Both the position numbers and the translations under genes were made by a program. The notes under the pieces were generated by a model. The model was not told where the DNA came from. It did no database searches and was given only the letters and a program-made list of their open reading frames with translations. DNA of 32,000 nt, from assembly GCA_016933055.1 (NCBI GenBank), contig JAFGBS010000009.1, positions 780,001-812,000 of the forward strand, written 5' to 3'. Below are positions 8,083 to 19,025 of the stretch, in pieces. This DNA is from Promethearchaeota archaeon (GTDB lineage: Archaea > Asgardarchaeota > Lokiarchaeia > Sigyniarchaeales > Promethearchaeaceae). Positions within the stretch are counted from its first letter, which is position 1. Every line of letters starts with the position of its first letter.

Positions 8083-11000
8083 TTATTGGATATTTAGAAA
8101 CCCTATAGAAATCAGCTGTGTTTTTACGGACAATTTCCGGTAAAATTCCAATCTTTTTACATCTTCTGGCAAATCAAACTCAATTTCCGTCAAGTCCTTT
8201 TTCAAATCATCTACTTCTAAATTTAAAGATTGTATTTCTCGGATAATAGAATTATAAGCGTTTTCTTTTTCCTTCCGTCTTTCTTCATTCTTAATTTTGT
8301 ACACATTATCCCATTGTCTTTTAGTGGGCACTTTTGTTTCAATGGTCTTTAACCTCTGCTCATGAAGATGTATTTTGTTAAGAATATATTCTCGTTTATA
8401 TTGAGTCAATGCAACGGTTCTTTGGAGTTCTTTTTTAAACATTATCTCATTAAGATCATCTAATTCTTTCTTATTTCGATTAGTTGTCTTTTTAAAATAC
8501 TTTCTTGCTTTGATTTCCAAAGATTCAATATCCCCTCTATCAAGATGAGATGTTATTGAGGGAATATTGTGGTTTAAGTCTATTAATTTATAGAAATTTC
8601 GTGGTTTGGAAAGATATTTTGTCAAATATTGTAAGATAAATCCAGATTTTGTTATAATCACAGGTTTTATAATTCGTTCGATAAAGATACCACATATCTC
8701 AGTTTCAAATATGAAAACAAATAAAGGTGCATTTTCTCGGATTAATTTCTCGCATAAATCTCGTTCTAAAGGATTAGGGCCGTTATTTTTATTCAAATAG
8801 GTTTTCATATCAAGATTCATAATAGAATAAGGCTGCCCCAAATCCTCACCTTTACAATATTCCACCAACGCTTGGATCAGAGGATGTCCCAGCGCAAAGA
8901 AATCCAGTTCTTCCAGTTTTCGAGCGTTTTCAAGATTAAAAACACCGTCGAATGAGCTTCCTCGTAATCCTAACTCGTTACGTAATTCATTTTGTATATC
9001 AATTCTCACATAATCTATACTAGAAGCGTGTTTTAAGTGTGAAATCTTTCCAAAACTTTTATCTCCTTGACGAAAATGCAGAAAAAAGGTCTTAAAAAAC
9101 ACAGAAATATCCTCATCATTTAGATGACTCGCATTTTCAATAATTTCGTCCATTCCATCCATTTGAAAAGATTTTCGATCTAAAACAAAATCTTCTAATT
9201 GAGCTTGGATTTCTTCCATTTTCAGCTGTTCGTTGATAATCTCCTCCTCAAAATCATATAAACTATCATATTTTTCACTGAATACTGCTTTATTAATACT
9301 TTTTTCTAAATTGGTAATGATGGGTTCAAGATTTCCAATCGATTCGGTAAATAAATTGATTCTTTTAGCAAGGATTTCTAAGATTCGACTTTCTACTGTC
9401 CCTTTTACTAAAAAGTTGAAAATTAGAACATCATTTTCTTGCCCAATTCGATCTAATCGCCCAATTCGTTGTTCGAGTTTCATTGGATTCCAAGGGAGGT
9501 CATAATTGATCAAAACACTACAAAATTGGAAATTTCGACCCTCACCGCCTACTTCTGTAGAAACCAATACGTCTCCGTGCAATTTAAATCGTTCAACCGA
9601 TTGATCTTTTTGATCTCGATCTAAGTCCCCATGAAATTCTTCCACATCAATACCTAGTTGTTGTAAGGTATCTTTAATATAGAATAACGTTCTTTTAAAC
9701 TGGGTAAAAATTATGATTTTATGGTTCTGTTCTTGTAAATTCTTAACAATCTCCACTAACGCACTCAGTTTCGAATCTATTTCAACTCTTTTCAGTCGCT
9801 GTAAAAAATCCTGCAGCACCGTAAGATGATTAGTCAAATACTCAATCTCTTTTTGTAATAAAGCAGATTCTTCATTTAAATTCCCGGAGTATGTTGCAAT
9901 TTCATCCCAATCATCTTCTTCTAAATCAAAATAATCTTCATCTTGAAGTTCAAGAGGTATTGTTGATTGTCTTCCTTTTATCTGTTTTTTCTTTAGAACC
10001 TCATTTATTTTAGATACCCGCTTCTCTAAAGATGAGATCAATGCCTTGGGTGAGGATGTGAGTAATTTTTGGAGAACAACCATTACGAATCCCAATGCGG
10101 GGTTTTTAGAATCCACAGACTCGTTATACGTTTTGGCTAAATATAGCTGTATTTCTTTGTAAATGTCTGCCTCCTCATCTGTTTGAATCACTTCCACATT
10201 TTGGACAATTCGCCTAACAAACTTATCTGAGAATATTTTCCGTTTCCTGTTCCGAAATAAAAAATTACTTAAAAAATGATAATCTTGTAAACGTTGGATC
10301 AATTTTTTTCTTCCTAATATAGTCAGGGTCAATTTTCTTATTTTGTCATAACTGAAAGTCCGACCCAGTTTCTTATCTACCACCATATCTTCAATCAATT
10401 CTTTTAAATACTCCCTATCTTCTACTTTTTGTTCAGATGTCAAAATCTTTAAGGGAATTTTCTCTTTATTTGAAAGCATTGATTCATAATATGCATGTAC
10501 ACCGCGATAAACTAATGGTGGGTTTCCTAATATATCATGAATAAGCCCTATCATATTTTCCTTTTGAAAAAGGCTTAATGTGGGGAAAACGTGCAAATTT
10601 CTAACCAACATAGTGATGATAGGTAACTGTTTGCGTTCACTTTCAAAATCTTCAAAATTGTGAAATATATCAGGTCGTATCAACTGAAGAAGACTAAATA
10701 AGTCGAAGGAATGCAACTGGATGGGTGTTGCAGTGAGTAATAGTAGACTTCTTGCTTTTTCCCCTAATTTTCGAGCAAGATGGTATCCCAAAGTTTCTTT
10801 ATATTGACCAGAGCTTTGAATATATCTCCTTAAATGATGGGCTTCATCAAAAATAATAATATCCCAATAGAGTGAGGATAATAGCTCCCGATTTCGTTCC
10901 ATTCGGGCAAATTGCAATGAAGTGATTACGAACGGATATTCAAGGTGGGTATCTGTTCGGTATAACACATGGGGGTGATCACACCGATCGAGCTTTCGGA

Positions 11001-11859
11001 CAAATTGGGAATCAAATCTCTCTAATCGGATGGAAAACTTGTTCTGGAATTCAAATATCCATTGATTTACTAAGTTCGCAGGGGATACAATTAAAACCTT
11101 TTTTGCTAAGTTGCGAGAGATCATCTCCTTCACAAAAATACCCGCTTCAATAGTCTTTCCTAGCCCTACTTCATCAGCAAGAATATAACGGGGTGAATAT
11201 TGCATAACTAATTGATGAGCAATATAGACTTGATGAGGCAGAAGATTCAGTCTACTATTAGAGATAAATTTTAAATCACTGGAGGTGTATGTATTATATA
11301 AAAGTCGTGCAAAATATCGTAAGGCAAAAATTGTGGGATCTGATGGTAAATTTTTTAGGTAACTTTCGATTGGGGAGTGTACACGTTCTATTATTCCATT
11401 CTCTGGGAAATTTTTAGTTCTCCCGTCGTTTAATACCACGTCGTATGAAATATTTCCCAATTTTGATGGTGTATTAACTTTTTTAACAGTTCCTAGACCA
11501 GAAATCGTTCTAACAATATCAGTGACATAAAACACTTCGTGCCGTATTTCTTCAGCAGAAACCACGCGATCGTTGTATGCTCTAAATCTCACATGATACA
11601 TGAGTTTTTCATAAAATAATGTTTCTTCTGTAGAATCCTTTTCTTCATCTTCTATATCTGAACAATATTCATAGGGAGTCTTATAATCTGATATTTTTTC
11701 TATAAATCCTGTTCCATAATCAGGTTGATTGATTAATATAACCCTATTTCCCACTGCAAAAGTGTGTGAATTGCACTTCAAATTAAGACAAAGTAATGTG
11801 GAACTTAGTTTACTACCACAATACACACAGACTTGGTTTTTGCTAGCTGACTCGGTCAT
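8083..11859 (-). CDS. SNF2-family (RapA/HepA-like) ATPase with N-terminal Zn-ribbon and tandem SH3/Tudor-like domains
   Basis: LADEVGLGKT (motif I), DEAHH (II), TATP (III), IIFTQF (IV), STEVGGEGRNFQ (V), LEQRIGRLDRIGQ (VI); N-terminal CxxC-x9-CxxxxC; C-terminal charged helical region. Confidence 0.93.
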   Translation of the reverse strand: MTESASKNQVCVYCGSKLSSTLLCLNLKCNSHTFAVGNRVILINQPDYGTGFIEKISDYKTPYEYCSDIEDEEKDSTEETLFYEKLMYHVRFRAYNDRVVSAEEIRHEVFYVTDIVRTISGLGTVKKVNTPSKLGNISYDVVLNDGRTKNFPENGIIERVHSPIESYLKNLPSDPTIFALRYFARLLYNTYTSSDLKFISNSRLNLLPHQVYIAHQLVMQYSPRYILADEVGLGKTIEAGIFVKEMISRNLAKKVLIVSPANLVNQWIFEFQNKFSIRLERFDSQFVRKLDRCDHPHVLYRTDTHLEYPFVITSLQFARMERNRELLSSLYWDIIIFDEAHHLRRYIQSSGQYKETLGYHLARKLGEKARSLLLLTATPIQLHSFDLFSLLQLIRPDIFHNFEDFESERKQLPIITMLVRNLHVFPTLSLFQKENMIGLIHDILGNPPLVYRGVHAYYESMLSNKEKIPLKILTSEQKVEDREYLKELIEDMVVDKKLGRTFSYDKIRKLTLTILGRKKLIQRLQDYHFLSNFLFRNRKRKIFSDKFVRRIVQNVEVIQTDEEADIYKEIQLYLAKTYNESVDSKNPALGFVMVVLQKLLTSSPKALISSLEKRVSKINEVLKKKQIKGRQSTIPLELQDEDYFDLEEDDWDEIATYSGNLNEESALLQKEIEYLTNHLTVLQDFLQRLKRVEIDSKLSALVEIVKNLQEQNHKIIIFTQFKRTLFYIKDTLQQLGIDVEEFHGDLDRDQKDQSVERFKLHGDVLVSTEVGGEGRNFQFCSVLINYDLPWNPMKLEQRIGRLDRIGQENDVLIFNFLVKGTVESRILEILAKRINLFTESIGNLEPIITNLEKSINKAVFSEKYDSLYDFEEEIINEQLKMEEIQAQLEDFVLDRKSFQMDGMDEIIENASHLNDEDISVFFKTFFLHFRQGDKSFGKISHLKHASSIDYVRIDIQNELRNELGLRGSSFDGVFNLENARKLEELDFFALGHPLIQALVEYCKGEDLGQPYSIMNLDMKTYLNKNNGPNPLERDLCEKLIRENAPLFVFIFETEICGIFIERIIKPVIITKSGFILQYLTKYLSKPRNFYKLIDLNHNIPSITSHLDRGDIESLEIKARKYFKKTTNRNKKELDDLNEIMFKKELQRTVALTQYKREYILNKIHLHEQRLKTIETKVPTKRQWDNVYKIKNEERRKEKENAYNSIIREIQSLNLEVDDLKKDLTEIEFDLPEDVKRLEFYRKLSVKTQLISIGFLNIQ

Positions 11860-12267
11860 ATCAAAAAAAACCTAAAATTCTCATGAATTGTTACATTGAA
11901 ACTGCAAAAAACTTTATTATTAATCAATTTTCCTACCATAGTTCTCGCATGAACTTGGTTCATTTAACTACGCCAAAACTTACTTCCACACTTCTATAAA
12001 CAGTTTTAGCAGGTTATAACTTAGGTGCATCTGCCTCCCATAAGAAAATCTGGTTTACGCATTTGGTGAAACTTTATGATAGTTTTTCGTTCAAACGTTT
12101 ATCTACTCGCGGGGTAGGGTAAAATAGGGTTTGACTACAAAAAAATCAAAAAATCTTTTTTAGTGTTTACTCTTCATTCATTTATAAAAATATATCAGCA
12201 CAGTCGTATTACAATAGAATCAATTAAAATTCCAGAAGCATTACAAAATAAGGGTAAAAGCGGAAAA

Positions 12268-14004
12268 ATGGTGTATTATAATATAAGGGTGGGATTAGCG
12301 CAAATTAATCCCACTTTAGGGGACTTACCAGCAAATCGGGATAAAATAATAACATTTATTGAAAAAGCAGAAGAACTTCTTTGCGATGTAGTTCTCTTTC
12401 CAGAAATGGCTATAACGGGATATCCAGTACAAGATCTTGTCTACAAACAGGATTTTGTTGATAATAATCTTAAAGTTCTGGAGCAAATAAAAACACGCAT
12501 ACGAAAGTGCATAGCTGTGGTTGGATGTGTGACAAAAGCTGGCACAGAAAAAAGATCAACTGCCCCCTTTCATAATTCTGCAGCAATTCTCTATCCAGAT
12601 GGTCATACACAATATATCCACAAACATTTATTACCAAATTATGATGTATTTGATGAAAAACGTTATTTCAAACCCTCTAGACAATTTCCTCTCATTAAAA
12701 TTGACCAACTCCGAATTGGATTAGAAATTTGCGAAGATTTATGGGATAAACAATATTCAGTAAAAGTTACGAAAGAATTAAAGAAACGTGGAGCTAATTC
12801 CGTATTCATTATCAATGCTAGCCCCTATTATATAGAAAAACCCAAGATCCGAGAAGCTCTTGTTAAACAAGATGCGAAAAAACATAAGGTTCCTTTTGCG
12901 TATCTCAACATGGTGGGGGGACAAGATGAAATCGTATATGATGGTAGAAGTTTTATAGTTGATGATTCTGGTCGAACCATTCATCGCATGCCATCATTTA
13001 AAGAAGAATTTAATTATTTCGATCTACCCATACCGGTAAAAGAAAAATTCGTAAAAACCTCTTTAAAGTTGACCGACAGTCCAAAAACCATATATAAATC
13101 CCGGTATTTGCGTATCGATACGAATGAAGAAATTTTTAAAGCCCTAACTATGAATTTACGTGATTATTATAACAAAACCGGAATATTCAAAAAAATAGTC
13201 TTAGGATTAAGCGGGGGTATAGATTCCTCTTTTACAGCTGTAATTGCTTGCCATGCAATAGGTCCGAAAAATGTTGTAGGAATAATTATGCCCTCCCGTT
13301 ATTCCTCCGAACATAGTGTTGCTGATGCAGTTCAGTTGTGTAAGAATCTGGGAATGCAGTATATCGAAGTACCGATTAGTAAAATCCATACCATTTATGA
13401 AGCAGAAGTACGGGAACATTTTGAGGTGGAAGAATTTTCTGTAGCAGATGAAAACCTACAATCAAGAATCCGAGGAGTTTTATTAATGTATTACTCGAAT
13501 AAATTTGATGCATTGCTTGTTTCCACGGGAAACAAAAGTGAAATTGCGGTAGGATATTGCACTCTTTATGGGGATACTAACGGTGGGAAAAATATCCCCG
13601 GGGATCTATATAAAGTGCAAATTTATGAAATTGCACGTTGGATTAATGAAAATATCAAACCGGTAGGACAAAGTAAAAATGAAAAAGTCATCCCCCAAAA
13701 CACTATAGAGAAGCCACCGAGTGCAGAATTACGTCCCAATCAGACAGATCAAGATTCTCTCCCTCCTTACGAGACACTGGATGCTATATTATATGAGATG
13801 ATTGAAAACCAACAATCTATTCGGGGAATCATCAAAATGGGATTCGATCCAGATATTGTCCGGAAAGTAGAGCGTATGTATCATGCCTCCGAATATAAGA
13901 GAGCCCAATTAGCACAAACTATTAAAATTACGAGGAAAGCGTTCGGAACGGGATATCGATGGCCGGTTATTAACAAATATCACTTGACAAAAGATCAAAT
14001 TTAA
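12268..14004 (+). CDS. nadE: Glutamine-dependent NAD+ synthetase
   Basis: Nitrilase-like domain with E (FPEM), K (HKHLLP), C (EICEDLW); synthetase domain with GLSGGIDS, STGNKSE, YCTLYGD, KPPSAELRPNQTDQDSLPPY. ATG at 12268 preferred over the GTG at 12163. Confidence 0.96.
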   Translation: MVYYNIRVGLAQINPTLGDLPANRDKIITFIEKAEELLCDVVLFPEMAITGYPVQDLVYKQDFVDNNLKVLEQIKTRIRKCIAVVGCVTKAGTEKRSTAPFHNSAAILYPDGHTQYIHKHLLPNYDVFDEKRYFKPSRQFPLIKIDQLRIGLEICEDLWDKQYSVKVTKELKKRGANSVFIINASPYYIEKPKIREALVKQDAKKHKVPFAYLNMVGGQDEIVYDGRSFIVDDSGRTIHRMPSFKEEFNYFDLPIPVKEKFVKTSLKLTDSPKTIYKSRYLRIDTNEEIFKALTMNLRDYYNKTGIFKKIVLGLSGGIDSSFTAVIACHAIGPKNVVGIIMPSRYSSEHSVADAVQLCKNLGMQYIEVPISKIHTIYEAEVREHFEVEEFSVADENLQSRIRGVLLMYYSNKFDALLVSTGNKSEIAVGYCTLYGDTNGGKNIPGDLYKVQIYEIARWINENIKPVGQSKNEKVIPQNTIEKPPSAELRPNQTDQDSLPPYETLDAILYEMIENQQSIRGIIKMGFDPDIVRKVERMYHASEYKRAQLAQTIKITRKAFGTGYRWPVINKYHLTKDQI

Positions 14005-14078
14005 GTTACTTTTTAGAATCATATTTTTATCTATCGCTACTTCATAAGCTTTATTTTGGTATAACTCGAACGATAGTT

Positions 14079-15971
14079 ATGGTATTACGGTGGATCCGAA
14101 GGATAATTGGACGCCTAAGAACAAAACGGGAAAAATTTCAATATCTTTGGGATGATGAACTCGGGTACCATAAAATTATCGCATCTCGAGAATATAATTA
14201 TCTTTTGGAATTAATTGCTATACCCTTCTCCTTAATCATCATACCTTTTTTTCTTGCTTTCTATTTTCCTTACCCTGAAATTCGAGGATACGCAGGTTTA
14301 ACGGAAGGTTTTATGGCTTTTCTCTTCGGTGTGTTCGATATCGGGACTTCAAGTGGTCCGAATGGGGACATGTCCCAGAAATTCATGCGTTTCATTTCCC
14401 AACATAGATCTACCAGCCCAAAACGGGCAATCGGATATATTCAATTTTTTATATATTTCCAAATGTTTACAGGTTTAATGCAAATAACAGGCATCTCCAT
14501 TTATGTTTTTACCAGTTTAATATACAAACCGCAAGCTCATTTCGCTTGGTTTTTTCTAGTATATTCCTTAATCCAATTTCCAGGAATGCTACAAGTTTTT
14601 GAATCCAGCATTAAGTCCTTTCAGCGATTTGATCAAGCAAATCTGGTAATCTTTTTACGAGACGTATTCTGGTACCCCTTTTTCCAAATTGTACTCATGA
14701 GTATAGGAAAAGTAGTTGCAAGAAATCATCCTTATGGAGAAATGATGATACTTGGTATATTTTTCACCGCATCGTTGTACGTAGGAGATCTGTTTGCGTT
14801 TCTTTTTGGCGCTTATGTCTTCTCAAAGATACTAAAACCATTGGGATATCGAACCCGAGATTTATTCAAGAGTGATTTTATTGCTATGGGGATAGTAAAG
14901 GAAATTCTTAGTTTTATTGGGATAATTTGGATTTTCACTCAATTAATGGGAATATTCAGCCTATTAAGTCAAGTATGGATCGTTACATGGCTTGCAGCTG
15001 CTGCATCATTTAAAGGACTGGTCAATACGGGTAACGGGATTGCAAACTTGGGCTTAGGGTTTGCTCCTTCAATAAGTACAACTATGGCTCAAGTCTCAGA
15101 AGCTTATAACAACAAAAAACCAGAGTTAGCTAAGTATTATGTACAAAATGCTCTCAAATACGCGGGTTATTATGCTGTAGCTGTAATGATCCCCTTATTG
15201 ATCATCATTCCCAAGGCTTTGGATTCGATATTTGCAGTGATTCCTGGATTAGAGCTTTATGAGAAAGCAATTCAACTTCTTCCCCTACTTGTTTTTATCA
15301 AAGCGATGGACACATTTCGCCGGATCGGGATTGAATTACTCATAAATCTACATCAACGTAATAAAGTCATTGTAATGGAGAGTATTTTATATCCACTTCA
15401 ATTTCTCTTCACTTTTTTGTTTTTACGGGTATGGTATTTAGGTTGGATGGCGCTAGTTTTACCGTATTTTCTCGCATGGTTTATCCAAAATATACTTAGT
15501 TTGATATGGATCCAGAAGAAAGTGTTGAAAATTGAATACAAACGCGTATTATGGCAAGGTTTCGTGGCACCTCTTATTGCAGGAATTTTCTATGCAGGGA
15601 TATGTTTTGGAATCGTCGTATTGTGGGATCCAATTCTCCTATTTTTATGTTCTTTGATGAGTGATATCGTTGCTACTATTCTATTTGTGTTTGTATCTCT
15701 AGTCGGATTCTTTCTATTTTTTGAATTAATTTTTTATCGTCCTTTTTACGCCTTAGCGGGTGGTTGGGATACCGAAACATTAGGAACTTGGGAAAAGGCT
15801 AGGCACATCTCCCGAATATCAAACTTTCTGGTAGATTGGAAGTATAAAATTGACAATTTTTTTTCATCTAAATCCAGACTATTTAATCGTTTTCCCATTG
15901 CAAACTACAAGAAAGCGTATAAAGAGAGGGATGAGCTGATTGCAACGATGAAAAATAGACCTAAGGAATAA
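14079..15971 (+). CDS. MOP-superfamily (MATE/Wzx-like) multi-pass transporter or flippase
   Basis: 630 aa with 12-14 hydrophobic segments in two halves; assignment from topology and resemblance only. Confidence 0.65.
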   Translation: MVLRWIRRIIGRLRTKREKFQYLWDDELGYHKIIASREYNYLLELIAIPFSLIIIPFFLAFYFPYPEIRGYAGLTEGFMAFLFGVFDIGTSSGPNGDMSQKFMRFISQHRSTSPKRAIGYIQFFIYFQMFTGLMQITGISIYVFTSLIYKPQAHFAWFFLVYSLIQFPGMLQVFESSIKSFQRFDQANLVIFLRDVFWYPFFQIVLMSIGKVVARNHPYGEMMILGIFFTASLYVGDLFAFLFGAYVFSKILKPLGYRTRDLFKSDFIAMGIVKEILSFIGIIWIFTQLMGIFSLLSQVWIVTWLAAAASFKGLVNTGNGIANLGLGFAPSISTTMAQVSEAYNNKKPELAKYYVQNALKYAGYYAVAVMIPLLIIIPKALDSIFAVIPGLELYEKAIQLLPLLVFIKAMDTFRRIGIELLINLHQRNKVIVMESILYPLQFLFTFLFLRVWYLGWMALVLPYFLAWFIQNILSLIWIQKKVLKIEYKRVLWQGFVAPLIAGIFYAGICFGIVVLWDPILLFLCSLMSDIVATILFVFVSLVGFFLFFELIFYRPFYALAGGWDTETLGTWEKARHISRISNFLVDWKYKIDNFFSSKSRLFNRFPIANYKKAYKERDELIATMKNRPKE

Positions 15972-15975
15972 ATAA

Positions 15976-16422
15976 AGAATTCTCTTTACTTGCTATCACA
16001 CAAATTGCAGTGAAAATGCATTATTTTTAAACAATCTTATAAGTTCAGGTTCTGAACTATCTTCTGGATTATATTTTACAGATTATAATATCACAAGATA
16101 ACGTACCGAAACCATGTATACCTATACCTACGACAATAAGGAATATACAAACTATCTGGGTAATTATTGGCTTGATCATGAGGCATCAGATAGTAATTAT
16201 GATGGAATTGGAGAAAAAGCTGTCATTTTCACGAATTCTCATGTTTGGTACGTGGATGAATATCCATTAGTGCAGTTCTATGAAAAATATGAACTAATAG
16301 AACCTTATTTTCCACCAAAAAGAACTATTCTTGGTTATAACATGTTTTTAGTTGTTGCCATAATTGCATTTTCATTACTATTGATTCTGATGAAAAATCA
16401 TAAAATAACAAAACAAAACTAA
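15976..16422 (+). pseudogene. Remnant of a NosD/CASH beta-helix surface protein with Loki-CTERM-like anchor
   Basis: ORF 16114-16422 has GNYWLDH...DSNYDGIGE..DEYPL (NosD C-terminal pattern) and ends ILGYNMF + TM + basic tail. The same frame upstream reads CSENALFLNNLI (NosD-like) but is broken by TAA at 16099-16101; no signal peptide or body of the protein. Confidence 0.7.
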
Positions 16423-16704
16423 TCACCTAGAATTGTAATTGCGTAGAAAATAAGAGAAAAAAAAATCAAATGATCCAAGAAAAAATCGAATTTACTTTCT
16501 CGAAATAAAACTCACGATATTTATTTTACCTACTCGATAGGAATATAAGACAGATCTGTCCTACTGACTCACGACTTGGATTTCAATATGTGAAAAGTTA
16601 TGTATGAGAGAAATTCACTACCATTCGTATCTAATGAATCGTTTACAAATCTCCATTTTTTTTAATAAAAAGCATTTTAATTTGGTGCAGCTTCACAAAG
16701 AATT

Positions 16705-17508
16705 ATGGTTATTCCCACTTATTACTCTGCATTTGAGGAAGTACCTGAAGAATTTAAGACTATGTTATTTGAACGCGCAGTTCCCTACTATAAAAAGCAT
16801 GACTTTCCCTCAAACACTATTGTTTTATGCTTACATGGGTTTACAGCCGTGCCCTACGAGGTGAAGGTGATCGCAAATGCCATCTATGAAAAAGGTATAG
16901 ATATAGCAGCTCCATTGCTACCATTTCACGGATATAAGAATATTGAGGATCAAAAACGTTATTTTAATCGGATGCGGGAGGATATAATGATGGACGCAGT
17001 AAAATTGGAAATCTCTAAAGCCCGACAACATTATAAAAACGTTTTTATGTATGGACAGAGTATGGGTGGTTGTATTGCGTTATGTATGGCCGGGTTAGGA
17101 TTAGTGGATGCAGTTGCAGCGACCGCACCGGCAATTAGAATCCATCCTTTTTCTCGAGTACTCGCAACAGTTATGGCTCCTTTCAGCATTAATCAACCAA
17201 AAAAGGAACCTAGGAAATTTGATTCACCAGGATATGATTTTAATAATGCACGAGCTGCATATGAATTGATAAAACTCTCCAAATTTGCCCAAAAAAATTT
17301 GGAAAATATCACAATTCCTGTCTTTATCGCTCACAGTCATAATGACCCTACAATAAATGGTCCCATAACAGTCAAATGGATGCAACAAAAGATCAAAGGG
17401 AAGTTCACAGTAAAATGGTACGACCATTGCGAACACGTAATCCCACTAGATGTCCAAAAAGACGAAGCTTCCGCAGACATAGCTAACTTTTTTTCCAATC
17501 TACGATGA
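16705..17508 (+). CDS. Alpha/beta-hydrolase carboxylesterase (monoacylglycerol lipase-like)
   Basis: LHGFT oxyanion motif, nucleophile GQSMGG, Asp in HSHNDPTI, His in EHVI. Confidence 0.92.
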   Translation: MVIPTYYSAFEEVPEEFKTMLFERAVPYYKKHDFPSNTIVLCLHGFTAVPYEVKVIANAIYEKGIDIAAPLLPFHGYKNIEDQKRYFNRMREDIMMDAVKLEISKARQHYKNVFMYGQSMGGCIALCMAGLGLVDAVAATAPAIRIHPFSRVLATVMAPFSINQPKKEPRKFDSPGYDFNNARAAYELIKLSKFAQKNLENITIPVFIAHSHNDPTINGPITVKWMQQKIKGKFTVKWYDHCEHVIPLDVQKDEASADIANFFSNLR

Positions 17509-17653
17509 GTATGTTTCGATGAAAATTATTTAGGAATTCTCATCTTTCCTTTTTACAATTCAAACGCAAAAAACAACCCAACGGGTTTGATATTAGATTG
17601 TAATAAAAATTTAAAACCCGAAAGTATTGAATTCGAAGAAGCATGGAGTATGG

Positions 17654-18301
17654 ATGAAATCAATGGATGAGATGGATAAAGTATTGCTAACAAATCTAGA
17701 AAAAGACGCACGGATGTCATTGAAGAAACTTGCCCAAGAATTGAGTCTTAAGACCTCTACGTTGTATCATCGTCTACATAAATTAAGCGAATCAAAAACG
17801 ATAATGAATTTTTCTGTAATTGTTAATCCAGAAAAGATTGGAATTATTCTGTTTTATCTTCTAACAGTGGAATTAAACCTTTCGGATGATTCTATATCTC
17901 GTAAATTAACCGAAAACCTTGCGGAACAGTTATCGCATGATTTAAAGGAAGTGTTTTTTAGTGCGATGGGTGGTAATAATACTTTACACATGGTTGTTTC
18001 GTTTTTTAACACACAACATATGGAGGAATTCTTGCATATCTTATCAACCAATGAATATGTGAAAAATACAACCAAAGTAAAACTCAGTTTTATTCCAAAA
18101 GGTATGCGAATGTTTGATTTCAATGAAGAAAAACTGATGGAATTGATAACTGAGAAAAATGAGGAAAAAAAAATAGAAGATGAACTTGAGAGTAAAGATC
18201 TTGGGAATTCTGAAAAATTAAGGACTTCTTCTATAAATATCGTCTCAGAATTAAGAACTGAAGATAGACGTGAAGATAATGATGAGTTAATTCCCCTCTA
18301 A
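17654..18301 (+). CDS. Lrp/AsnC family transcriptional regulator with acidic C-terminal tail
   Basis: MDEMDKVLLTNLEKDARMSLKKLAQELSLKTSTLYHRLHKL HTH; ATG 17654 preceded by GGAG (17645-17648). Confidence 0.9.
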   Translation: MKSMDEMDKVLLTNLEKDARMSLKKLAQELSLKTSTLYHRLHKLSESKTIMNFSVIVNPEKIGIILFYLLTVELNLSDDSISRKLTENLAEQLSHDLKEVFFSAMGGNNTLHMVVSFFNTQHMEEFLHILSTNEYVKNTTKVKLSFIPKGMRMFDFNEEKLMELITEKNEEKKIEDELESKDLGNSEKLRTSSINIVSELRTEDRREDNDELIPL

Positions 18302-18377
18302 TGAAAATTGATACTAAAAATTGATAAGCAAAGCACTTAATTTCACATGCATTATTTTCTAGGTAGTGAAAAAGAAT

Positions 18378-19007
18378 ATGAAAATTGAATGGATCGATCA
18401 TAGTTGTTTTAAAATCAACATTTCTGGAAAAACCATATATTGTGATCCGTATAAAATCCCTAATAATCCAGAAAAAGCCGATATTATCTTGATAAGTCAT
18501 GAACATTATGATCATTACGATAAGGAATCTGTCGGTAAAATTAAGAAAAGCACTTCAAAAATCGTTTGTCCTGCATCTTGTGAAAAAATTTTAACCAACG
18601 AGAAAGCTAAAGGTATCGAACCTTTCGAGACTATTGAAATTGAGGGGATAACCATTCAAGGAGTTCCAGCATACAATCCTAATAAAAAATTCCATCCTAA
18701 AGGCAACAAATGGCTGGGGTTCATTGTGGACAATGGGGAAACGAGGATTTATCATGCGGGTGATACTGACTTTATTCCGGAAATGAAGGATCTCAAAGGT
18801 ATAAACATTGCGTTTTTACCAGTTGGTGATACCTATACCATGGATTTTCACGAAGCTATAAAAGCAGCAAATGTAATAAAACCGAATATGGTTGTTCCCA
18901 TGCATAATTGGGATAAAGATTTAAATGAATTTAAAGAATTGATGAAGAAAGATGCTCCTGATATAGGAGTGATAGTACTAAAACAAAAGAAACCTATTGA
19001 AATCTAA
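18378..19007 (+). CDS. MBL-fold metallo-hydrolase (UPF0173/Lactamase_B_3-like)
   Basis: WIDHSCF, HEHYDH (HxHxDH), YHAGDT, VPMH. Confidence 0.92.
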   Translation: MKIEWIDHSCFKINISGKTIYCDPYKIPNNPEKADIILISHEHYDHYDKESVGKIKKSTSKIVCPASCEKILTNEKAKGIEPFETIEIEGITIQGVPAYNPNKKFHPKGNKWLGFIVDNGETRIYHAGDTDFIPEMKDLKGINIAFLPVGDTYTMDFHEAIKAANVIKPNMVVPMHNWDKDLNEFKELMKKDAPDIGVIVLKQKKPIEI

Positions 19008-19025
19008 AAAAAGTATGATGATTGA

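Noticed and set aside
8083-11859. Calling the SNF2 locus a DISARM/Zorya/BREX defence system or intein-containing gene
   Set aside because: No partner genes nearby; helicase motifs are in order with no intein splice motifs seen.
16550-16561. 12-bp palindrome GACAGATCTGTC in an intergenic region
   Set aside because: Single and short; compatible with chance.
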